Shown piece by piece: positions 32,990 through 41,352 of a DNA stretch of 64,000 nt. Every line of letters starts with the position of its first letter. Positions within the stretch are counted from its first letter, which is position 1. Made by a program: the position numbers and the translations under genes. The notes under the pieces were generated by a model. The model had not been told where the DNA came from. It saw only the letters and a list, made by a program, of their open reading frames with translations, and ran no database searches. This DNA comes from Candidatus Nomurabacteria bacterium. Lineage in GTDB: Bacteria; Patescibacteriota; Saccharimonadia; Saccharimonadales; CAIOMD01. The stretch covers positions 72,446 to 136,445 of the forward strand of contig JACKGO010000008.1 in assembly GCA_020631975.1 (NCBI GenBank). Direction: 5' to 3'.

Positions 32990-34088
32990 TGGTGTTGGCG
33001 TGCTGGGCAAAATCTTTTGCCACAACGTCAGCATCGGTAGTGGTAATAATTGTTTGGTGGTCGGTTAGATATGTTGTAAGCGCTTTGCGGCGTGCACCGT
33101 CTAGTTCACTAAAGACATCATCAAGCAGCACTAGAGGCTTTGTGTTGCGCGTTTCATTAAGTAAGGAAACTTCTAGCAGTTTAAGACTCAAAACTAGTGT
33201 GCGTGTCTCTCCGCGGCTAGCAGCCACCTTGGCAGCAGTATTGTCTATATATAAGCTAATATCTTCTCTGTGTGGGCCATAAGACGTAAAGCCACGTTCT
33301 ATATCTTGTGCTAAATTTGATTCTAGTTTACTAAGTAATTCTGATTCGTACGATGAAATAGCAAACGGTGTATTATACTCAACCAAAACAACTGTTTTTT
33401 TTGTGGCAACTGTACTGTAAATGTCACTAATTTGTTCGTTAAAACCACTTATCAGTGCGTGGCGAGCCGCTACAATATAGCCCGCGAGTTCGCTGAGCCG
33501 AATATTCCACACAAATACTTGATCTTTAATGGTGGATGCCCGTTGTTTGAGTAAATTATTACGTTGCATAAGCGCCCGTACGTAGTGCCGCTTTATACTT
33601 GCGAACTGTGGGTCTATGGTTGTGAGAATATCGTCTATAAATTCCCGGCGAAGCTCTGGTGAGCCTGTAAGTAGGCGCATATCTTCTGGTTCAAACAGCA
33701 CGACTGGTAAAATATCTTCAAATTTAAGCCGCTGGCGGTGCACTTCATTTACAGTGTAGCGTCGCTTCACAATGTCGCCGACCCTTTCTAGGCTGACACT
33801 TCGTTTTCTGTTTGCAAGCATGGCTTCTATACGGGCCCAAGGTTTTTCTTGCATAATAACATCTTGCATACTAGCTCTGTATGGGCTGGCACCAGACAAG
33901 AGCAAGACTGCTTCTAGTAAATTGGTTTTACCACTCGCATTTGGGCCTACTACAATATTCACAGCAGGTGAAAGCTCGACCGCAAAATCTTCGTACGACC
34001 GAAAGTGCTGCAGTTGCAGGCTTGTTAGATGATTGATAGTAGATAATGGATTATAGATATCAGACATTATGCGGCCTAAGTAACCCAT
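32979..34088 (-). CDS. recF: DNA replication and repair protein RecF
   Basis: Walker A GPNASGKTNLLEA, SMC-like signature, position downstream of dnaN. Confidence 0.9.
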   Translation of the reverse strand: MGYLGRIMSDIYNPLSTINHLTSLQLQHFRSYEDFAVELSPAVNIVVGPNASGKTNLLEAVLLLSGASPYRASMQDVIMQEKPWARIEAMLANRKRSVSLERVGDIVKRRYTVNEVHRQRLKFEDILPVVLFEPEDMRLLTGSPELRREFIDDILTTIDPQFASIKRHYVRALMQRNNLLKQRASTIKDQVFVWNIRLSELAGYIVAARHALISGFNEQISDIYSTVATKKTVVLVEYNTPFAISSYESELLSKLESNLAQDIERGFTSYGPHREDISLYIDNTAAKVAASRGETRTLVLSLKLLEVSLLNETRNTKPLVLLDDVFSELDGARRKALTTYLTDHQTIITTTDADVVAKDFAQHANTISL

Positions 34089-34416
34089 GAAGTAGTTTAT
34101 GAGTACTATTTGCTTTGTGTAATAGTTCTTTATATTCTAATTTAGTTATAAATTGTAGATCTTTGGCTATAATTAGTTGGTTTTTTACTTCGTAACATGA
34201 ACCATCTGTTATTATCCAAAAGTGTTTATTATCTTTAGCACTAGAACTACTAAATCCTTCTGCAATATTAGATGTTATAGATGCACTTGCTCGTTTTAGT
34301 TGTGAAGTAAGTCCGTAAAGTTCTTCTTTAGGAAACCGAGAACAAGCATCATGTATAGAAAGCACTACACCGTAACCCTCTTGCCAGACCCTTAAATCTG
34401 TAAACGACGTTATCAC
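34060..34416 (-). CDS. four-helix-bundle protein (23S rRNA intervening-sequence protein family)
   Basis: LRVWQEGYGVVLSI...FPKEELYGLTSQLKRASASITSNIAEGF family signature. Overlaps the recF start by 29 nt. Confidence 0.8.
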   Translation of the reverse strand: MITSFTDLRVWQEGYGVVLSIHDACSRFPKEELYGLTSQLKRASASITSNIAEGFSSSSAKDNKHFWIITDGSCYEVKNQLIIAKDLQFITKLEYKELLHKANSTHKLLHGLLRPHNV

Positions 34417-34453
34417 TTATCTAGTATCCAATATCTAACATTCAATATCTAGT

Positions 34454-35548
34454 CTACGATTTAAGCGGCATTACTAGATAGGTTTGCCCGGCGGCCTCTG
34501 CACTTGTAATAACAAATGGTTCTAACTTACCGTTAAAGCCTATAGTAACCTCTTTGGTTCCTATAGTATTGAGTGCATCTAGCAGGTAACGAGAATTCAG
34601 CGTTACTTCACCAGCGCCTTCTACGTGTGCGGGTGCCTTAGATGAGTTTTCACCCAATTGTGATGCAATAGAGGTAATACTTACGACTTTTTCTTCGTCG
34701 TCTACCTTTAGGGTAACGCTACCTGCGCTTTCGCGGGCAAATAGGCTTGATACTTTTGTAATAGACACAAGTTCATCACGGGCTAGTGTAGCGGTTGTGC
34801 TGTAGGTTCGTGGAATAAGTTTTTTGTAATCTGGGTAGGTGGCGTCTATAAGGCGCGTTACCAGTTCTATATCACCAGCTTTAAACAATACTTGTTGTGC
34901 GTCTGCTGTGACAGACACGTTATCTATGGTATCTGGCAAAATTCGTAAGAGTTCTTGCATAGCATCTGCCGGCACAAGAAGTGATATTTCTTGGCTAGTT
35001 TTAATGAGTTTTTTTTCTGCTAATCGGTAACTATCTGTTGCGGCTGCAAACAGTGCTCCATTCACTGTGTGTATATACAACCCCGTTAAAACAGGGCGCG
35101 ATTCGTCATTGCTCGCAGCAAACACCACCTGGTGTAAGCCTTTTTTACATTCTTTAGTAGGGATATTCCAGCTAACAGACTCTGCAAGTTCTGGAAACGA
35201 CGGAAACTCATCTGCCACTACACCGTTAATAGTCGAGCTGTATTGATCGGTGCTGATATGTAATTTATTATCTGTAAGCTCTAGATCTAGCACACCACCA
35301 GGTAAGCTAGAAATATATTCTTGCATGAGGCGTGCCGGTACCGTTATAGCACCTTCTTCTTTTACTTTAGAGCCTATTTTTTCTGTTATGGCAATTTCTA
35401 GGTTGGTAGCAGATAGACTAAGCCGGCCATCAATTGTCTTAATAAGTACATTATTAAGTATCGGTAGGGGGTTGCGATTAGCCATGGCAATCTTGGCAAC
35501 ATTAGATAATGCTTTACTAAGATTTTCTTGAGTAACTTGTAACTTCAT
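34454..35548 (-). CDS. dnaN: DNA polymerase III beta sliding clamp
   Basis: MKLQVTQENLSKAL..., 364 aa three-domain clamp, position downstream of dnaA. Confidence 0.95.
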   Translation of the reverse strand: MKLQVTQENLSKALSNVAKIAMANRNPLPILNNVLIKTIDGRLSLSATNLEIAITEKIGSKVKEEGAITVPARLMQEYISSLPGGVLDLELTDNKLHISTDQYSSTINGVVADEFPSFPELAESVSWNIPTKECKKGLHQVVFAASNDESRPVLTGLYIHTVNGALFAAATDSYRLAEKKLIKTSQEISLLVPADAMQELLRILPDTIDNVSVTADAQQVLFKAGDIELVTRLIDATYPDYKKLIPRTYSTTATLARDELVSITKVSSLFARESAGSVTLKVDDEEKVVSITSIASQLGENSSKAPAHVEGAGEVTLNSRYLLDALNTIGTKEVTIGFNGKLEPFVITSAEAAGQTYLVMPLKS

Positions 35549-35805
35549 ATTACGAGTTTCCTTTCTTAAATATATTATATGTAGTAGTAGTTATAGGGCC
35601 TGTGTATACTGTGTAAAACGAACCATAAACTGGGGTGATTTGCATACATTTATTGTGCATATACTGTGAAATGGCTGAGTACATAATAGGGTATAAGTTT
35701 GCGAAATTATAGCCCGTTTGTTTGGCCTGTGTATACTGTGTAAAACGAGCCAGACTTATCCTCTTTTTATACACATATCTTTGCACCATTAATCCACAAC
35801 CTATA
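35549..35805. promoter_or_regulatory. dnaA-dnaN intergenic DnaA-box cluster (candidate oriC part)
   Basis: 25-bp direct repeat ggcctgtgtatactgtgtaaaacga at 35597 and 35724, each with tgtgtaaaa (reverse complement TTTTACACA). Also TTATACACA at 35767-35775, TAATCCACA at 35790-35798, and an AT-rich stretch at 35565-35595. Confidence 0.55.
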
Positions 35806-37194
35806 TTACGCATATAACCGTTCCTTAATTTCGTTTACTTGGTCTTTTAGTACGCTGTCAAAATGTAATTCTTTTTGGATCTTTTCTACCGAATGTATTG
35901 CTGTGGTGTGATCTTTTCTACCAAGTTCATGAGCAATTTTAGGAAAACTAAGATGCAGCTCGCTACGAAGAAGGTACATCGCTACTTGCCGTGGCACCAC
36001 GATGTCTTTATCGCGTTTGGGGCTGAGTATTTCGTCTATGCCTATTTGGAACTGTTTGGCGGTCCGTTCTACAATTTGTTTAGCAGAAACGTGTTTTGGC
36101 CGTGACTTTATACTGCCAAATAAACCAGCCGCTATTTGCACATCTGGTATGAGACTGCGCATTTCACAAAAGGCAAGCAGTTGGTTTAGGGCGCCTTCTA
36201 GTTCGCGCACGTTACTCTGAAAGTGATTCGCTAAAAATTCCACGACGTCTTGGGGAAGTTCAACTTCGTGCTGTACGGCTTTGTTTTGTAATATAGCGCA
36301 GCGGGTTTCAAAATCTGGCGTGCCAATATCTACAATCATGCCCCACTCAAAACGGCTCCGTAGGCGCTCTTCTAGGGTAGGTATAGATTTTGGTGGCTTA
36401 TCGCTACTTATAATAATTTGCTTGTTTGCTTGGTGCAGTGCGTTAAAAGTGTGAAAGAACTCTTCTTGAGTTTTTTCTTTGCCGGCAATAAATTGCATGT
36501 CGTCTACAATAAGCACATCGGCACTGCGGTAATGGCCTGCAAAATCGGTAATTTTTTTATAGCGAATAGCGTCTAAAAATTCTTGCACAAATTGTTCGCT
36601 GGTTATATAAACGACACGCGCTTTTGGGTTATTGGCGAGCACGCCATTACCTACCGCTTGAATAAGGTGGGTTTTACCAAGCCCAACACCACCGTACACA
36701 AACATAGGGTTGTATTTGGTGCCAGGGTTGTGTGAAATCGCTTGGCAGGCTGCATAGGCAAGTTCGTTATTTGACCCAACAATAAAACTATCAAAAGTGT
36801 AGCGTTCATTTAATCCTTGGCGGTACGAATGGGTAACCGAATTTGAGCCATTTTGCTGACTAATTGTTGTTTGGGTTTGTGGCTTGGCTGTTTGTGTTAC
36901 TACCACCGTATCGTCTTGATTACTTTTTTTACTCGTAGGTGGCGAAATGCCGGCGTGAATTTTAAATTCTAATACGGTACCTTGGTTTGCATATTTAACC
37001 ACAAGTTCATCTAGCAGGGGTTTAAACTTTTTTTCTAATTGTTGTTTTGCAAATATGTTCGCAACCCCAATAACTACTTTATTATCTTCGCTGCGTAGCA
37101 CACGGGTATTTTTAAACCACGTTACGTAACTACCCCTAGACACAGACAGTTCAACCTCTCCAAGTATGGCTTGCCATAATGTATCGTCTTGCAT
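35806..37194 (-). CDS. dnaA: chromosomal replication initiator DnaA
   Basis: AAA+ Walker A GGVGLGKTHL, box VII, C-terminal DnaA-box-binding HTH (DHTTAIHSVEKI). Confidence 0.95.
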   Translation of the reverse strand: MQDDTLWQAILGEVELSVSRGSYVTWFKNTRVLRSEDNKVVIGVANIFAKQQLEKKFKPLLDELVVKYANQGTVLEFKIHAGISPPTSKKSNQDDTVVVTQTAKPQTQTTISQQNGSNSVTHSYRQGLNERYTFDSFIVGSNNELAYAACQAISHNPGTKYNPMFVYGGVGLGKTHLIQAVGNGVLANNPKARVVYITSEQFVQEFLDAIRYKKITDFAGHYRSADVLIVDDMQFIAGKEKTQEEFFHTFNALHQANKQIIISSDKPPKSIPTLEERLRSRFEWGMIVDIGTPDFETRCAILQNKAVQHEVELPQDVVEFLANHFQSNVRELEGALNQLLAFCEMRSLIPDVQIAAGLFGSIKSRPKHVSAKQIVERTAKQFQIGIDEILSPKRDKDIVVPRQVAMYLLRSELHLSFPKIAHELGRKDHTTAIHSVEKIQKELHFDSVLKDQVNEIKERLYA

Positions 37195-37515
37195 GTGCTA
37201 GACGCTCCCCTCTGTATTGCGTTAATGTTGCTGTCTATTAGTGCGATTACTACTAACTATACAGGACGCGTTAATAGTTTTCCACAGTTTGGTTGAAATA
37301 TTTTCTTAATTATAGTGAAACTACCAAAAACAGAGGTCATAGTTATTCACAACGCCATGCAACAGTAAAGAAATAGTGGATAACTTACATAAATATGTGG
37401 ACAAACGAGGCTGCAAACTAGGTTATTCGTGTATTTTTTACTAAGCGTCGTAATGCTTATGTATCTGTTGGTACTTGAGTAATTTATGCGTGCGTGGTAT
37501 AGTATTCAGTTGATT
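37195..37515. promoter_or_regulatory. rpmH-dnaA intergenic DnaA-box cluster (candidate oriC part / dnaA promoter region)
   Basis: TTTTCCACA at 37278-37286, TTATTCACA at 37343-37351, agtggataa (reverse complement TTATCCACT) at 37375-37383, tgtggacaa (reverse complement TTGTCCACA) at 37396-37404. Confidence 0.6.
37475..37503 (+). promoter_or_regulatory. sigma70-like promoter of rpmH
   Basis: TTGAGT, 17 nt, TATAGT, with TGg extended -10. Confidence 0.45.
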
Positions 37516-37653
37516 ATGCCTAAACGAACTCATCAACCAAAAACTCGTAAGCGAGCACGGGCACACGGCTTTATGAAGCGCATGTCTAGCCGCGCTGGCC
37601 GTTTAACGCTTAAAAGACGCCGCCTAAAGGGCCGCGTTAAAATTTCTGCGTAG
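37516..37653 (+). CDS. rpmH: 50S ribosomal protein L34 (45 aa; below the ORF-track cutoff)
   Basis: Own translation: [45 protein letters not shown]. Canonical position upstream of rnpA. Confidence 0.9.
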   Translation: MPKRTHQPKTRKRARAHGFMKRMSSRAGRLTLKRRRLKGRVKISA

Positions 37654-37717
37654 AATTTACCCAATTAACTGCTCGTAAAAGAGAGTATAATCTACTATTA
37701 AGTAAGTAGAACCATTT

Positions 37718-38065
37718 ATGATAGCAAAAAAACATAGATTTTACGGCCAAGGCGGTATTCGCTATATAAACAGAAAAGGATCTACCGTGCGTGGATCGCT
37801 CTTTACTGTGCGTTACGTGCCGAATAAGCGGCCAGCGTCGTATCGGGCTGCTGTGGTGGTAAGTAAAAAAGTAACTAAGTCTGCACCAAAAAGAAATCGT
37901 ATACGAAGGCGTTTGTACGAACTTATGCGTACCGAAATGGGTGCCCGAGTTTTAGGTTACGATATTGTTATTATTGTCTTTAGCGATAAGCTTGCTACGA
38001 TGCCACCCCAAGAACTAAAGGCTCATTTATCTGAAGTTTTGGCGCAAGTAGGCGCTACTTCGTGA
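37718..38065 (+). CDS. rnpA: ribonuclease P protein component
   Basis: Basic 115-aa protein with KAVKRNRIRRRL-like motif (SAPKRNRIRRRLYE). Synteny rpmH-rnpA-yidC. Confidence 0.9.
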   Translation: MIAKKHRFYGQGGIRYINRKGSTVRGSLFTVRYVPNKRPASYRAAVVVSKKVTKSAPKRNRIRRRLYELMRTEMGARVLGYDIVIIVFSDKLATMPPQELKAHLSEVLAQVGATS

Positions 38066-38082
38066 TACACTGGTAGGTAAGT

Positions 38083-39090
38083 ATGTTTCAATTCATTGGT
38101 AGCTTATTCAACGCACTTGTTGGAAGGCCAGTATTTAATCTATTAATTATTATTATAGCGCTACTGCCTGGCCACAACTTTGGTGTTGCTATTATTATCT
38201 TTACAATTATTGTACGGTTGGCGCTGTATCCGCTCCTTAAAAAGCAGCTACATCATGCTATGGCGATGCGCAAATTACAGCCAGAGATTAAACGAATTAA
38301 AAAAGAATCTAAGGGCGATAAGCAAAAAGAATACGCTCTGATGCAAGAGCTGTATAAAGAACGCGAAATTAAGCCGCTGGCGTCTATTGGTATTTTATTG
38401 GCCCAGCTACCCATACTGCTGGCATTGTTTTACGCAATTTCTAAAATTACACAAAATCCAGAAACAATTGTGAGTAACGGCTATTTTTGGGTAGAAAAAC
38501 TCCCATATATTCAGCAGTTAGCAGCTGGTACAGAAACATTACACACTGTATTCTTGGGTTTTATAGACCTGGCGCGTCCGGCGGTAGATAATTCAGTTAT
38601 TTACTGGCCAGCCATGCTACTTGTGGTAGCGAGTGTTATCACTCAGTATATTCAGAGCAAACAGCTTATGATGACAGACAAAAATGCTCGTTCGCTCCGC
38701 CAAATACTAAAAGATAGTGGCAGCGGTAAAGAGGTAGACCAAACAGAAGTTCAGGCAGCTACCAGTAAGTTTACCTTGTATATCATTCCGTTCTTTTTGT
38801 TTGTTGTGGCCATTAACTTAGCATCGGCGTTATCGTTGTATTGGTTTGTTGGCGCATTAGTGGCGATTGTTCAGCAACGCCGTATTTTGCAACAAGATGT
38901 AACCGAAATGGAAGCATCGGTAGATGGTAAAAAAGTAGAAGCAGAAGTAATATCTAAAGAACCAGCCGTTAAGGTAGATAAAAAAACCGGTGTTAAAACC
39001 TACGTTAAACAAGCAGCACCAGAAACTCCTAAACCAAAAAAATCTACCAAATCTACTAAGCGCAAAGCGAAGTCAAAAAAGAGGAGGTGA
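38083..39090 (+). CDS. yidC: membrane protein insertase YidC/Oxa1 family with Lys-rich tail
   Basis: GVAIIIFTIIVRLALYPL...KLQPEIKRIKK motifs and synteny. Confidence 0.9.
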   Translation: MFQFIGSLFNALVGRPVFNLLIIIIALLPGHNFGVAIIIFTIIVRLALYPLLKKQLHHAMAMRKLQPEIKRIKKESKGDKQKEYALMQELYKEREIKPLASIGILLAQLPILLALFYAISKITQNPETIVSNGYFWVEKLPYIQQLAAGTETLHTVFLGFIDLARPAVDNSVIYWPAMLLVVASVITQYIQSKQLMMTDKNARSLRQILKDSGSGKEVDQTEVQAATSKFTLYIIPFFLFVVAINLASALSLYWFVGALVAIVQQRRILQQDVTEMEASVDGKKVEAEVISKEPAVKVDKKTGVKTYVKQAAPETPKPKKSTKSTKRKAKSKKRR

Positions 39091-39599
39091 CCATGAACGA
39101 TTCAATAGAAGAAGCTATACAATATGCTAAAAAATATCTAGAAGATTTATTGTCTTTTTTTGGGTTAAATACAGAAGTCCATGCCACGGCAGAAGACGAC
39201 GTTATAGAACTATCGGTCCCTAGTACCCACATGAACGGCTTTTTAATAGGCCAGCGGGGCGATACCATGCGTGCCTTGCAGTATATGGTAAGCATGTCGC
39301 TTAGGAGCAAGCAGTACGCTTACACACGCGTGAATGTGGATATTGCAGATTATAAAAAACATCGTCAAGACCGCATTGCAGAAACGGCTCTAGAATGGAT
39401 TAACCAAGTAAAAGAAACCAACGAACCACTAAGCCTAAAGCCTATGAATGCGGCCGATAGACGCATTGTGCATAAAGTAGCCGCTGAATATTCGTTAGAA
39501 ACGGTGTCAGAAGGCGAAGGCCGCGACAGACACATTATTATAAGGCCACCAGCTAGCACAGAAGAACCTAGTGCAGACCCAGAAGCACTTGCCGACTAG
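39087..39599 (+). CDS. jag: Jag/KhpB-like RNA-binding protein (KH plus R3H)
   Basis: R3H motif RRIVHKVAAEY...GEGRDRHIIIRP. Overlaps the yidC stop. Confidence 0.85.
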   Translation: MTMNDSIEEAIQYAKKYLEDLLSFFGLNTEVHATAEDDVIELSVPSTHMNGFLIGQRGDTMRALQYMVSMSLRSKQYAYTRVNVDIADYKKHRQDRIAETALEWINQVKETNEPLSLKPMNAADRRIVHKVAAEYSLETVSEGEGRDRHIIIRPPASTEEPSADPEALAD

Positions 39600-39660
39600 G
39601 CCGACAAGCCTATACATAAATAGTACACATACATAAGAGTAATCACGCCTAAAAAGGTGG

Positions 39661-40197
39661 TTATTTCTTGCTTTTTTTCCTACGCTTCGCTGGATTGTTT
39701 TTGGTACTTTTTTTACTTTTCTTTTTTGGTAATTTCTTGGAAGTGCTTTTTGCACCGTCATTCGTAACCACTGCGGTTGTATCAGTTTTATTTGCATCTT
39801 TGTTTTCAGCATTCGTAGCAGATGCATTGGCTTGGTTTTCACCAGAAGGTTGCGATGAGCGCGCATACAAAATAGCAGGGCTAATTAAAACGGCAAATAG
39901 CAACAGCGACATAGCAACCCAACGAAAGTCTGATTTCGTAGCCGATACCGTAGAATCGGCAGGTGCACCAATAACAGTTAAGCGTTGATTTGGGGTGTTT
40001 TGGAGCACCTCTGCACCAGCGTTTTGAGTAATGTTGCTGGCAGGTTGGTTAGTGCCATTTTTTTGAAAATAATCACCACTTACCGATTGTTGTACATCAC
40101 TGGATGGCGTGCCGGTGTTGATAGATTGTTCGGCCGTAGCAGGCGCACTTATAGTAAGCACACCTAACAGCACAAAACTAAATAGAACTTTTTTCAT
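39661..40197 (-). CDS. secreted/anchored hypothetical protein with C-terminal TM and K-rich tail (178 aa)
   Basis: Signal peptide MKKVLFSFVLLGVLTISAPATA, low-complexity S/T/N/Q region, TM WVAMSLLLFAVLISPAILY. Confidence 0.6.
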   Translation of the reverse strand: MKKVLFSFVLLGVLTISAPATAEQSINTGTPSSDVQQSVSGDYFQKNGTNQPASNITQNAGAEVLQNTPNQRLTVIGAPADSTVSATKSDFRWVAMSLLLFAVLISPAILYARSSQPSGENQANASATNAENKDANKTDTTAVVTNDGAKSTSKKLPKKKSKKSTKNNPAKRRKKSKK

Positions 40198-40245
40198 ATA
40201 TATAATAGTATGACCTAAAAATTACAAAACAACAAAATATAGTAG

Positions 40246-41343
40246 CTACATCCCCAGGGCTTCTTCGTACACGGCTACAGATTGCGTAGCCATGCGGTTC
40301 CAGCTAAATGTTTTAGCGTGGTGATAGCCCTTGGTAGTAAGTTTTTTACGCAAGGCACTATCGCTAATTACTAAATCTATTTTTTTGGTCATTTCTAGTG
40401 TATTGGTTGGGTCAAAATATTCTGCTGCATCACCATATACTTCTGGTAAGCAGGTTGCGTTACTGCTTACAACGGGTGCACTATGCAGCATCGCTTCTAA
40501 CCCTGGTAAGCCAAACCCTTCACTTAAAGAAGGAAAGATGTACGCTTGGCAGTTTTGGTACAACCAGCGTAGCTCGCCGTCGGTTACAAAACCGGTAAAA
40601 ATAATGTCTTCTGCCACACCCAACTGCTGGGCATAGTCTACATACGTAGCGTGTATAGGATCTTTTTTACCAGCAAGCACTAACCGTAAGCTGGGATGCT
40701 TCTTTTTTAATGCACTAAAGGCTTTTATAAGCCGGCTGAGGTTTTTGTGGGGCTGTGGCCGGCCAACATACATAATAAAAGATTTACCAAGTAACGCGGG
40801 TAGCGCTTTTGCAGGTTCTTTAAATTCATCGGCTGCTTCTAGGGTAGTAATAATTTTATCAGGACTAATTTTTGTAAACTGCGTAACGTCTTTTTTTACA
40901 TATTCTGTTGGCGTTATAAGTAATTTATTTTTACGAGCGGCAATTTGTATAACCAACCAGTAAGCAGGTAGTTTTGCCCAATATATCCAAGCTGGTTTAT
41001 TGGGGTTTTTATAGCGCACGGTTGTTAAATCGTGAAACGTGCTAACTGACCTACCAAAATACAATATTGGTTGTTGAATCATCGCAAAATGCACTAAATC
41101 TGGCTTTAGCTTGTATAACATTCTGGCGTACCCCAATTGTTCGCCAAAGGTGAATTCTTTGTATTTACAACTTAGCTTAGAAAAGTTTTTGGCACTTGGT
41201 TGCCACGTATCAAAATCTTTTGGTGTTAGCAGCACAATATACTTATTGGCGGTATCTGTTTTTTGCAAATAATGCAGCAGACGCTCTACGTAGCGGCCAG
41301 TGCTGGTTCTTAATTCACGCGCATCTATTACTATTTTTGCCAT
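40246..41343 (-). CDS. glycosyltransferase family 4 (GT-B, GT1 superfamily)
   Basis: C-terminal motif FPSLSEGFGLPGLEAM. Confidence 0.85.
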   Translation of the reverse strand: MAKIVIDARELRTSTGRYVERLLHYLQKTDTANKYIVLLTPKDFDTWQPSAKNFSKLSCKYKEFTFGEQLGYARMLYKLKPDLVHFAMIQQPILYFGRSVSTFHDLTTVRYKNPNKPAWIYWAKLPAYWLVIQIAARKNKLLITPTEYVKKDVTQFTKISPDKIITTLEAADEFKEPAKALPALLGKSFIMYVGRPQPHKNLSRLIKAFSALKKKHPSLRLVLAGKKDPIHATYVDYAQQLGVAEDIIFTGFVTDGELRWLYQNCQAYIFPSLSEGFGLPGLEAMLHSAPVVSSNATCLPEVYGDAAEYFDPTNTLEMTKKIDLVISDSALRKKLTTKGYHHAKTFSWNRMATQSVAVYEEALGM

Positions 41344-41352
41344 TATGCTTTA

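Noticed and set aside
35550-35813. 87-aa minus-strand ORF in the dnaA-dnaN spacer
   Set aside because: It overlaps the DnaA-box repeat region and the 3' end of dnaA, and it has no RBS. The spacer is better explained as an origin or regulatory region.
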